Shown here one piece after another: positions 55,816-64,000 of a stretch of 64,000 nucleotides of DNA. This stretch comes from a virus (Duplodnaviria; Caudoviricetes): positions 31,890 through 95,889 of IMG/VR virus record IMGVR_UViG_3300037847_002819; one strand, written 5' to 3'. The notes under the pieces are model-generated. The model did no database searches, was not told the origin of the DNA, and saw only the letters and a list, made by a program, of their open reading frames with translations. The stretch's first letter is position 1. Each line of letters begins with the position of its first letter. A program made the position numbers and the translations under genes.

Positions 55816-57056
55816 AAATCCACCTCCTCGAATCTAAGATATAATAAAGCATCGTTAAAATTAGGCATTAAATTATCTATTGATGTAAAAGAAGTAATTT
55901 TATTACTAATTGCCAATTCGTGAAACTCTCCCATAAATTGTTTGCAAGTAGTAGCACCGTTAATACCGGTAGCAGTTCCTCCGCTTAAAGTATCATAAAT
56001 ACCGGAAACAGTCATATCGTTTAGACCATTAGAACCTAAATAAATATCTGTTTTAGCAAATTCAAAGGTAGCAGTTTCGCTATGGGTATCTGATTTAATA
56101 GGAATACCGTTAAGATACAATGTTATTAATTTAGTTTTATCATTATAAACACAACCCACATGAAACATTTGGTCTATATATGTCGGGTGTTTGTATGTTG
56201 GTAGGAATAAGTCAGTGCCTCCGGCTAGTGCTGGTGTTGCTGCATTCATCTCTAAATCACTACCGCTTACACTGTAAATTGTGCCTAATGAAGTAAATGT
56301 TGTTCCGCTACTGCGATAAAAAATCTCTTGTCCTGTAATAAAAGGATGAGTCGCTGATGCCAAAGGCAAATCTATGTTGTCTTCTGCACCGTTAGTATGG
56401 ACTTCGGCAACCTTAGCGAACATAACTCTCCCTGCTTTGTTAAAGCCACTAAACAAATTAGAAGTGTTAGTAGTGTTATATCTGAAAGAATGTCCTTGAC
56501 TCGGTTTGATAACAACATCAGAAGTAACTGTTTTTGTGGTGCTTCCTATTTTTACAGTGGCTTTAATTTTGTATTGGGCTGGATTATTTTGTGTATGCGT
56601 GGTTGAATTTACTAAAGATATTGTAAAGTTATCGTTATCGAAAATCATCATTTCGTGCGTAATTCTATTTGCTCTTGATAGATACAATTCATTTTGCATT
56701 TCAGTTTCATCATTAGCATCACTCGCACCTAAGTCATAAGTCTCTTGTAGTAGTCCCGCCATTATTTTTTTACTATCGTTTCTAGTATTTCCTACACCTA
56801 AAGCAGTATTAGAAAGGTCAACTGCGGTTTGGTGAGTGCTATTACCATTTATCTCATATGGAGTAATCAATGCTTCGAAAGAAAAAGAACCTTTATGCGC
56901 CCATAAACCATAGCCTACATCATCAAATGTTCCTGCATTATCTGTATTTGGTATATTATCATCATAAGACATTTTAACAAAAGCATTACACATTATTGGA
57001 AAAACCAATGAGCGTTGTTTTCCTGTTAAAACTTCATACATTTTATCACGGCCCAA
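55812..57056 (-). CDS. LamG/concanavalin-like domain tail protein
   Basis: FSFEALI, FHVGCVYN...LYLNG, IYLGS, FMGEFHELAI. Confidence 0.75.
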   Translation of the reverse strand: MGRDKMYEVLTGKQRSLVFPIMCNAFVKMSYDDNIPNTDNAGTFDDVGYGLWAHKGSFSFEALITPYEINGNSTHQTAVDLSNTALGVGNTRNDSKKIMAGLLQETYDLGASDANDETEMQNELYLSRANRITHEMMIFDNDNFTISLVNSTTHTQNNPAQYKIKATVKIGSTTKTVTSDVVIKPSQGHSFRYNTTNTSNLFSGFNKAGRVMFAKVAEVHTNGAEDNIDLPLASATHPFITGQEIFYRSSGTTFTSLGTIYSVSGSDLEMNAATPALAGGTDLFLPTYKHPTYIDQMFHVGCVYNDKTKLITLYLNGIPIKSDTHSETATFEFAKTDIYLGSNGLNDMTVSGIYDTLSGGTATGINGATTCKQFMGEFHELAISNKITSFTSIDNLMPNFNDALLYLRFEEVDL

Positions 57057-57684
57057 CTATTGCTACTTCGAATTGCATTGAAAAACTAATATCAACTGCT
57101 TCTGCTTCCATATTAAAACTAAAACTGCGAATAAAACCTGCTACTCCCGAAGCCGTTGAAGAATCTGGAAAATCAGAACCTTTGAATGATACTCCTAAAT
57201 TGTCTCCAAATCCTTCTTCTCCTCTTGATGCGAAATTAAAAGGAACTAAAGTTTCTGTTGTTCTTGCAGCATAATTGTTCCCTACTTTAGAAGGATAAAG
57301 AATAATTAATTCATTTATCGCTTGGTTGACCTGTAAGCCTGTTGAATCAACACTTGATGCAATCATCTGTGCAACTTCGTGAGCAGTATAGGTTAAAGCC
57401 GTTTCATCATCTTCTGCGGAAGTATCGGTAGCGGTTTTTGTTTTCTTAATTACTGTTTCAGAAATAAAACCGGTTAAATCTATTTGTTTAGTAGCCATAC
57501 CTAAATCTAAAGCGGCAGTTACAGATTCACCCGTTACAACACCGGAGAACGGAATAGGAAAAGAAGGAATGGTTTTACTTACAGAAACTCCAACCGATGT
57601 AACATTCAACGGAATAGTATTAACTGTTAAATCAGTAGTTTCCTGTTCAGCATACTGCCCAAATTTCAAATATACATATGTCAT
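57046..57684 (-). CDS. distal tail protein-like
   Basis: Immediately after TMP; DLGM...I.L.G pattern. Confidence 0.55.
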   Translation of the reverse strand: MTYVYLKFGQYAEQETTDLTVNTIPLNVTSVGVSVSKTIPSFPIPFSGVVTGESVTAALDLGMATKQIDLTGFISETVIKKTKTATDTSAEDDETALTYTAHEVAQMIASSVDSTGLQVNQAINELIILYPSKVGNNYAARTTETLVPFNFASRGEEGFGDNLGVSFKGSDFPDSSTASGVAGFIRSFSFNMEAEAVDISFSMQFEVAIVGP

Positions 57685-57688
57685 TTAA

Positions 57689-59878
57689 TCACCCTAATGT
57701 TCTTGAAGATACCGTTCTGTTCATTTTATTGTTTACCATATTACCTATCTTTTCTGCAATTCTTCTTAATTCTGCATCAGAAGTATCTTTCGCATTAATA
57801 GTAATATGATTATTAATTACTGTTGAACCGCTTGTCATTGACCTACTTTGTGAATTAGAATAAACTCTTGAACCTGCTGGTAATTTAACTCTTTCTGGGC
57901 CTCTTTCTCCGACTAATGTTGTATTGCCGTGAGTTAAACCGCCTGTTGCTAATCCATCTGCACCGAACCATTCTAATACATCATTGATGGAACTTTTAAT
58001 TGATTTCCAAATGCCTGTAATCCAACCCCATAAACTACTAAATAATCCACCAACCCAATTAAGACCATCTCTAATCCATTCAACTTCTTGATAAAGTTTC
58101 ATAAATAATGCGGTAACAAATGCAGCAATCAATACAAACATCATAATAGGTAAAGCATATATTCCTATTAACAACAGTGCTTGGCTTAACAGATACTTTA
58201 TGAAATATAATCCGATTAAGGTTACTCCTAATTTAAGAAGTGCTGGTAATGCTACTTTCCACCCTCCATCAAAGAACCAAAATATTCCATCTATAAGAGA
58301 ATAAAATAACCCAACTGCGATTGCGAAAAGACCCTTTGCGAATATGGTTATTAAATTCCAACCTATATCCATTAGAGATGACATTATAGTTCCTAAATAA
58401 TCAAACATAGCCGTAAAGTCACCGGATAAAAATGCCCCTACTATTCCAAATATTGCCCCTCCTATGGTTAACACACTACCTATTATTTCTTTAATATCAT
58501 CTATTACTCCAAATTGACCCATTATTCCTACAATATCATAAGCAACTTTAGCAACTGCTAATAGAGCAATCATTCCCAATATGCCGAATATTAAGAACTT
58601 AAATGCCATATTGAGAATAGGCTTCATAAATTGTTGGAATGCGAGTGCTTTCATTTGTATTTTAAGTTTTAATTTATCTCTTGCTTCTTCGCTTTTCATT
58701 AATTTACGCATAAAATAAATAGGCTTAAACAACTTTTCAACCATTTCTTCTGTGTTATCGTCTTCAAATGCCGCATCAACATCCCCCAATTGTCCTTTCA
58801 ATGCCTTTCGTCTATCTTGAACCATCTTATGAATAACTTTGAATTCTTTACTTTCTGCTCCTTTTTCAAATGCTTCTTGTATTTGCATCGCTTCCGCCAT
58901 TTTATCCTTAAACGACTCATATGACTCTTTATTTTTATTAACATTTTCAGTTACCTGTTCAAATGCGGCTGCGTATGCTTCTTGTTGTGACCTTCCTCGA
59001 ATTATTGCTTGGTTAAAAGCAGTAGTGGATTCTAATGCATCCAATTGTGTTTGTGTATAATTAGCAAGTTCAATAGTTGATAAATCGACTGCTTTTGCTT
59101 CTTGTTTTCTTTTTTCTATGTGTTCTTCAGCATTTTTTATGTAATTTTCTGCTAGTCTGTTAGCCGCTTCCCTATCCTTTTTTTGCTGCTCGAATTGTTT
59201 CTTTTGTGTTTCTTGTAATTCTTTTATTTTTTTGCGTCTTGTTCTTTCTTGTCTCTCAAAGTTCTTCAAATCCTTTTTACTAACTTTACCGTCTTTCATT
59301 TTTTCGACATGAAGTTTTTGAAAATTTTCTAATTCTTTTTGCTTTCTTTTAATCTCATTATTATACACTTCTTTGGTTTTCTTCTCTCTTTCTTTAATTG
59401 ATTTCAACTCGTCTTCTAATGAAGATTTTCTTCTATCTATCGCATTTGTAGTTGCTTTAATGTCTTCTAGTCTTTGAGCATTCAATTCCACTTCTTTCTT
59501 ACTAACTCTATCATTAAAATCATCTTGCACTTCTTTCAAAGCCTTATATTCTTCATTAATCTTTTTAACACCTTTAATGCTTTTAGCCAAAGCCTTTTCT
59601 TGTTCTGTTTGAGCCTTAATAGCCTCATCTGTTCTTTCACCAAAAGCACCAATAACTTCTAATGTTCCACGCAAATAATTCTGAAACTTCCAAAGACCTG
59701 TTCCGGAAGTTAAACGACTAAATGTAGTCCAACGCTTACCGGCCTTTCCTGTTGATTTAGACCATTCAACAATCTTACTACTGCTTAATGCGAATCTTTT
59801 AGAATTTTCAGAAAGTGTTGCAGATAAATCAGAAATAGATTGTGAAACATTGTTAATGCTTTGTTCAGCCTCAGACAT
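57689..59878 (-). CDS. tape measure protein
   Basis: Long coiled coil, hydrophobic segments, LATGG...LVGERGPE C-terminal motif. Confidence 0.85.
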   Translation of the reverse strand: MSEAEQSINNVSQSISDLSATLSENSKRFALSSSKIVEWSKSTGKAGKRWTTFSRLTSGTGLWKFQNYLRGTLEVIGAFGERTDEAIKAQTEQEKALAKSIKGVKKINEEYKALKEVQDDFNDRVSKKEVELNAQRLEDIKATTNAIDRRKSSLEDELKSIKEREKKTKEVYNNEIKRKQKELENFQKLHVEKMKDGKVSKKDLKNFERQERTRRKKIKELQETQKKQFEQQKKDREAANRLAENYIKNAEEHIEKRKQEAKAVDLSTIELANYTQTQLDALESTTAFNQAIIRGRSQQEAYAAAFEQVTENVNKNKESYESFKDKMAEAMQIQEAFEKGAESKEFKVIHKMVQDRRKALKGQLGDVDAAFEDDNTEEMVEKLFKPIYFMRKLMKSEEARDKLKLKIQMKALAFQQFMKPILNMAFKFLIFGILGMIALLAVAKVAYDIVGIMGQFGVIDDIKEIIGSVLTIGGAIFGIVGAFLSGDFTAMFDYLGTIMSSLMDIGWNLITIFAKGLFAIAVGLFYSLIDGIFWFFDGGWKVALPALLKLGVTLIGLYFIKYLLSQALLLIGIYALPIMMFVLIAAFVTALFMKLYQEVEWIRDGLNWVGGLFSSLWGWITGIWKSIKSSINDVLEWFGADGLATGGLTHGNTTLVGERGPERVKLPAGSRVYSNSQSRSMTSGSTVINNHITINAKDTSDAELRRIAEKIGNMVNNKMNRTVSSRTLG

Positions 59879-60108
59879 TATCTCACCTTTGCCTTTCTTT
59901 GTATTTTATCCATTTCTTCCGCTTTATATTCCTCAACAACTGAATGAACCTGTAATAAATCTTTAACAAGACTAACAGGCATTTGATATACTTCTAAAGG
60001 ACTTATTCCTAAAGCCTTAGAAAGCATATATACGGTGACTAAAGATGCCGTTTTGTGGTCAGTTTCCTTTCCCTTAAACGCACCTTTAATCATCCTTTTT
60101 TTCTTCAT
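59878..60108 (-). CDS. tail assembly chaperone, downstream (T-like) ORF
   Basis: L...LGISP.EV..MP motif; overlaps the upstream chaperone across an A7 run. Confidence 0.7.
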   Translation of the reverse strand: MKKKRMIKGAFKGKETDHKTASLVTVYMLSKALGISPLEVYQMPVSLVKDLLQVHSVVEEYKAEEMDKIQRKAKVR

Positions 60109-60475
60109 CCTCCTGCATTAGACTCATAGGGTTAGGAAGAATTTCTTTTAATTGGTTGCCAACATAAGGGCTAAGACGCAACATATCAATTGTTGTTAAT
60201 GAAGGTTCTGTCTTTTCAATAAAGTTTTCGACCATATACCTATACATGGCATTTATATCAAGGTCGAAAGATTGAGTGCGAGAGTTAATTTTCATGACGG
60301 AATTCAAGGCTTTTTCGGCTTCAAGCCAAGTAGGTTCTTTAACCCATACCTTGATGTATTCGTCTAATTCTGCTGACACTTTAACATAATGTAGTGTCGA
60401 TTCGTTCAATGCAAAAAGCACATTTTTATTACTTATAATTTTCTTTTCCATATTATCCACCTTCAAAACCAACAA
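60086..60475 (-). CDS. tail assembly chaperone (G-like)
   Basis: Between major tail and TMP genes; AGGTGGA RBS suggests start at MEKK. Confidence 0.7.
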   Translation of the reverse strand: MLVLKVDNMEKKIISNKNVLFALNESTLHYVKVSAELDEYIKVWVKEPTWLEAEKALNSVMKINSRTQSFDLDINAMYRYMVENFIEKTEPSLTTIDMLRLSPYVGNQLKEILPNPMSLMQEDEEKKDD

Positions 60476-60640
60476 ACAAACAAACGGTGTTGGTGGAATA
60501 TTATTCTGCTAATTTAGACTTCTTAGGTTCTTCTTTTTTTACCTCAGTAGTTTCTTTTTTAGCAGGTTTCTTTTTCTTTGAGGCTTCTTCTAGTCTTTTT
60601 CGAACTAAAATTCCTTTTTCTGATTTTGATACCATTTTAA

Positions 60641-62284
60641 TCACCCCTGCAATACCCAATGAGTTTTAACTGTGCATGATTCTAAACTTCTAGGCATTAC
60701 TGTTCCTTCAACAGTAATTGGCCCTTTATCTTCAGGAATAGTAAAGTTAGCAGCATTTAGGTGATAATCTGCTAATTTAATAAGTATTTGTTCTCCATTT
60801 GCTTTGTCAAATTGTAAAGTAAGAAGAGTTGAAGAAGTGTTATCTGTTTCTGTTTCATTAAACAATTCTTCAAACAGTTTATCATCAGTTACCATAGCAG
60901 TAAATGAAACTTCATAATTTCTTTGTGCGGGAATACCTTCTTTTAGGTCTTTGTTACCAATACCAATATATCTTTTATCTTGTAAGTTGTTATTGATAGT
61001 TAAAGTTAGGTTAGTAACCTTTAGGAATTGTTGCCCAAAGATACTAAACAAACCGCTTGAGAAGAAGAACGGTTCTAAAAATTCAGGGTCTTTATCAGTT
61101 GTGCTAGTATTATTGGCCTGTTCGAAATTAAACAATTGGCGATTATCTGTTATTCCGCCCCTTGCTTCATAGTTTTCATCTTGGTCTAATTTATGAACTG
61201 TTCTTGTATTCAAATCCATAGTCATTTTAACTTCTTCATTTTCATTAGCGGTCATAGTGAATGTATTTACCCTATTTCCGGTAGCAATTCTAACGAAGGT
61301 CGTGTCTTCTGAATCTGATGCAGTATTAGTAGTTAATGTGCTAGATTTAGCCAATGTTTGTTCAAGAGCAAAAGAAGGAAGTTTTTCTCCGTTTGCTTCT
61401 TCAAACTTATATGTGATAGGATTTGCTACATTTGTTGCAGATGATGTAGGTCTGTCCAATAATTCCATATTAGTATTCACATCAAAACCGTGTAGTAAAG
61501 GAGGAACTAATGTATTTGAACCTCTTGCGGTTTTATAGAAAAATGGCCCTTGTTCCAAAAATTCGCTTGAAGTAATCGTTCCTGTTTCAGCACCGCCATT
61601 AGTAGTATCAAGATAAACATTCCTTCTATCATCTTTTGTTGTATTTGCACCATGACCTGTTAGTTTGTTAGCGGGATTATTTGCCTCAAAAGTAGCAGTA
61701 ATTTCTGTGCATTTACCTAAAGCATAGTAAAGCCAAGCACCATGATTAGCCATCACTGCTAAATTACCACCGGAAGCAGTTTTTATTCCCTTATATTGAT
61801 GAGTAAAGTTTCTTGAACCGCCAAGTGAAAGATTTAATTGTTTCATCTCAACTTCAAGATTAGGGAATGTTGATGATTCGATTAAGCCTAACCAATTGTC
61901 AGCATTTAATCGCTTGGTTGAACCTGTGTATAAACCAACACAAGGCGCACCATATCCTCTAATGTGAATGAAATCACCAGAAACAATTGTTCTTGGGTCG
62001 GGAGAGAGAACTATGTCTTTTTCAGTGTTTGAAGTAATAGTGTGAGTTGAAATTACAGTTGTTGGTGCGCCTGTTGCATATAATTCAACAGTGCATCCTG
62101 TGTATAAATTATTTACCATCAAAAAGTGCGCTTCCCAATCATCATGCGCTCTTACGGTATTTGTGTTTGCGGAATTTTCTCCGCTTCCTGTGCTATTGCT
62201 ATGGTCTAACGGTATATACAAATCCACTTCGGGAATCATCGTTAAACTTGCTTGACTTCCTAAAAATATATCTTCTGCTGACAT
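60641..62284 (-). CDS. major tail (tube) protein
   Basis: C-terminal LTINNNL...R.YEVSF tube-protein pattern; position. Confidence 0.8.
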   Translation of the reverse strand: MSAEDIFLGSQASLTMIPEVDLYIPLDHSNSTGSGENSANTNTVRAHDDWEAHFLMVNNLYTGCTVELYATGAPTTVISTHTITSNTEKDIVLSPDPRTIVSGDFIHIRGYGAPCVGLYTGSTKRLNADNWLGLIESSTFPNLEVEMKQLNLSLGGSRNFTHQYKGIKTASGGNLAVMANHGAWLYYALGKCTEITATFEANNPANKLTGHGANTTKDDRRNVYLDTTNGGAETGTITSSEFLEQGPFFYKTARGSNTLVPPLLHGFDVNTNMELLDRPTSSATNVANPITYKFEEANGEKLPSFALEQTLAKSSTLTTNTASDSEDTTFVRIATGNRVNTFTMTANENEEVKMTMDLNTRTVHKLDQDENYEARGGITDNRQLFNFEQANNTSTTDKDPEFLEPFFFSSGLFSIFGQQFLKVTNLTLTINNNLQDKRYIGIGNKDLKEGIPAQRNYEVSFTAMVTDDKLFEELFNETETDNTSSTLLTLQFDKANGEQILIKLADYHLNAANFTIPEDKGPITVEGTVMPRSLESCTVKTHWVLQG

Positions 62285-62314
62285 AATTAATCTCTCCTTT
62301 CCTTTACAAACTTA

Positions 62315-62824
62315 CTAAGGGAGTGTTAATGCGAATCTTTTTGCTTCAATGTTTACTTTATATCCAAATAATCGTTTTGAACGGTCATTACTTTCATTTC
62401 TAGAACCAATAAATATTTGATTAAACTTAGAACCATCACTTGCAGTATAGCCCCTTCGCCCCCGTTCAATTGCATGACGAGCAATCAAGTATAAAGCCCT
62501 TAGCCTATCTTTGCCAAATGCAGCGTCAGTTCCAGCCCTTTCATCATGTATTGTTCGAATGTGCATAGTAAATGTATATGTCTCATGTCTAACATCAAAA
62601 TGAGTAGTAGGATATTCTATGTTTTGTCCATCCTCAAAGAATATAATTACATCTTTAGCGGTTAAATCATACCTAACCCCTCTATTTTTTTGTAATGTTC
62701 TAACATCAACAAAGTTAGGAGTTCCAGCGTGGTCTGCTGAAATAGTGCCAGCACTTTGTAATGTGGTAGCGGAACTAGCCCAATTAGTGCTAACTAAATC
62801 AATTAAAAGCGAAACTTCATCCAT
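62315..62824 (-). CDS. putative tail completion/terminator protein
   Basis: Size and position upstream of the tube gene. Confidence 0.55.
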   Translation of the reverse strand: MDEVSLLIDLVSTNWASSATTLQSAGTISADHAGTPNFVDVRTLQKNRGVRYDLTAKDVIIFFEDGQNIEYPTTHFDVRHETYTFTMHIRTIHDERAGTDAAFGKDRLRALYLIARHAIERGRRGYTASDGSKFNQIFIGSRNESNDRSKRLFGYKVNIEAKRFALTLP

Positions 62825-63021
62825 TCAGCCGCCTCCTTTTTTATTTGTTCACTAACTGCTTTTGAGTAACTTTCACTAGCATTATTAATCATTTCTTCTT
62901 CGCTGAAACTAACATCAAACCCTAATATTTCTGATAATTCTTCTAGGGCGGCTTGTCTTTCCTTTTCAATGGCTAAATACCTATTGAAGTCTTTAAGTGA
63001 AACCGCCATGCTTCTTGCCAT
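62803..63021 (-). CDS. hypothetical protein
   Basis: AGGTG RBS. Confidence 0.6.
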   Translation of the reverse strand: MARSMAVSLKDFNRYLAIEKERQAALEELSEILGFDVSFSEEEMINNASESYSKAVSEQIKKEAAEWMKFRF

Positions 63022-63033
63022 AATAACACCTAA

Positions 63034-64000
63034 TCAAAGTAAGAACACTAAGTCACCTTTACCTTTCAGTATATCCATCGCTTCTTTTTTCAGAATATCA
63101 TATTTCTCTTTAGTGTTAATATTACCACCCGTTTCAGCAATCATTATTGTTTGGTCGTCATGTCGTAATATTTCAGCCGCTACTAACATTGTTGTTGCTT
63201 TGTGTATAGCGGAAGGAACACGGCTACTGCCAGCAATATAGGTTACAATGATTGAATTTTGAGTATGGTATGGATAGTCTCTAAGGAAGAATACTCGACC
63301 TTCATCCCCAATAGTCCAAAAAGAACCAAGCCTCTTCATATCTTGCATATCAGTAAATGGCGTTGATGTAGTGCTTGAATCTTGACCTGCTTTATCTGCT
63401 ATTGTAAGTGTGCAAGCAGAACCATCTTCACCGGATAAAAGGCTAGAAATGTTGATTTTATTACTATCATCGGGGTCTGTGCTGGCATAAAAGAAATCAC
63501 TTATGTTTAGACCATTAGGTGAAGAAGTCAATACTTTGTCTCTTGTTGCTCCTGTAAATTGTGCAGTGCTAGCAGGGTATTCTTCATTAATCAAATGACA
63601 TATTTCCTTTGCAGTTGTTTTAGAACCGAAGCCATTATGGAATGTATTATGTGCCGCTAAACTTCCTTCTGCATGATGATACAATACCCACGAATCACCA
63701 CTATTAGGTAATTGTAATGTAATACTTCTTAGATTATTATATCCGCTACTGTCTAATGTAATAGATGCGGAAGCCGATGCTAACTCTTGATATTGATTTC
63801 CTTGCCAAACCTTTAGAGAAATAATCTTCTTAACTTTCATAGTATCTAACTGAATAAATCCAACATAGCCACCATAATAAGATTGCATAGGATGGCGAAT
63901 AAACTCAAAGTTATGGAATTCGTTTTCATAAATAATTGGTCTGTATGACCTCTTTACTTTATCATCAACAATACCTTCTATGTTTTTGATAATAGCACCA
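63034..64000 (-). CDS. head-tail adaptor-like protein, 5-prime end outside the window
   Basis: Frame stays open to 64000; VTYIAG...VP.AI..AT..LVAA adaptor motif. Confidence 0.7.
   Translation of the reverse strand, partial: GAIIKNIEGIVDDKVKRSYRPIIYENEFHNFEFIRHPMQSYYGGYVGFIQLDTMKVKKIISLKVWQGNQYQELASASASITLDSSGYNNLRSITLQLPNSGDSWVLYHHAEGSLAAHNTFHNGFGSKTTAKEICHLINEEYPASTAQFTGATRDKVLTSSPNGLNISDFFYASTDPDDSNKINISSLLSGEDGSACTLTIADKAGQDSSTTSTPFTDMQDMKRLGSFWTIGDEGRVFFLRDYPYHTQNSIIVTYIAGSSRVPSAIHKATTMLVAAEILRHDDQTIMIAETGGNINTKEKYDILKKEAMDILKGKGDLVFLL

Noticed and set aside
719-63241. Many antisense or alternate-frame ORFs in the track (e.g. 719-928, 2870-3130, 5920-6273, 11338-11760, 15663-16094, 41887-42234, 61257-61538)
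   Set aside because: Shadows of well-supported genes, Phe/Ser/Leu-rich, without RBSs
1-64000. Alternative genetic code, reverse transcriptase/DGR, integrase
   Set aside because: Long genes are intact under the standard code; no RT or recombinase motifs recognised in this window

Overview
AT-rich (about one-third GC by eye) segment of a tailed dsDNA archaeal virus. The gene set and archaeal signals match Magrovirus-like viruses of Marine Group II Euryarchaeota (Poseidoniales): split PolB, clamp, two RFC-like proteins, fused primase, MCM-like ATPase, ATP ligase, ERCC4 and Cas4-like nucleases, TFB, GroEL/GroES, class II RNR, GGTGA/GGAGA RBSs, TATA boxes, and a tRNA with a BHB intron. Layout: (1) 1-4600, minus strand, an array of 11 small proteins sharing an N-terminal M-[S/T/N]-W-x-x-[I/V/E]-[L/I/V]-K peptide; (2) 4700-10200, a mostly non-coding control region of short cassettes separated by a repeated double-hairpin element centred on CCATATGG, containing three paralogous genes, candidate structured RNAs, an origin-like repeat zone and tRNA-Lys; (3) 10264-45780, plus strand, early/replication genes including a ubiquitin-like protein, an E1/ThiF enzyme and a JAB protease; (4) 45850-64000, minus strand, siphovirus-type tail module. 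All calls come from motif recognition by eye; no database search or folding computation was run.
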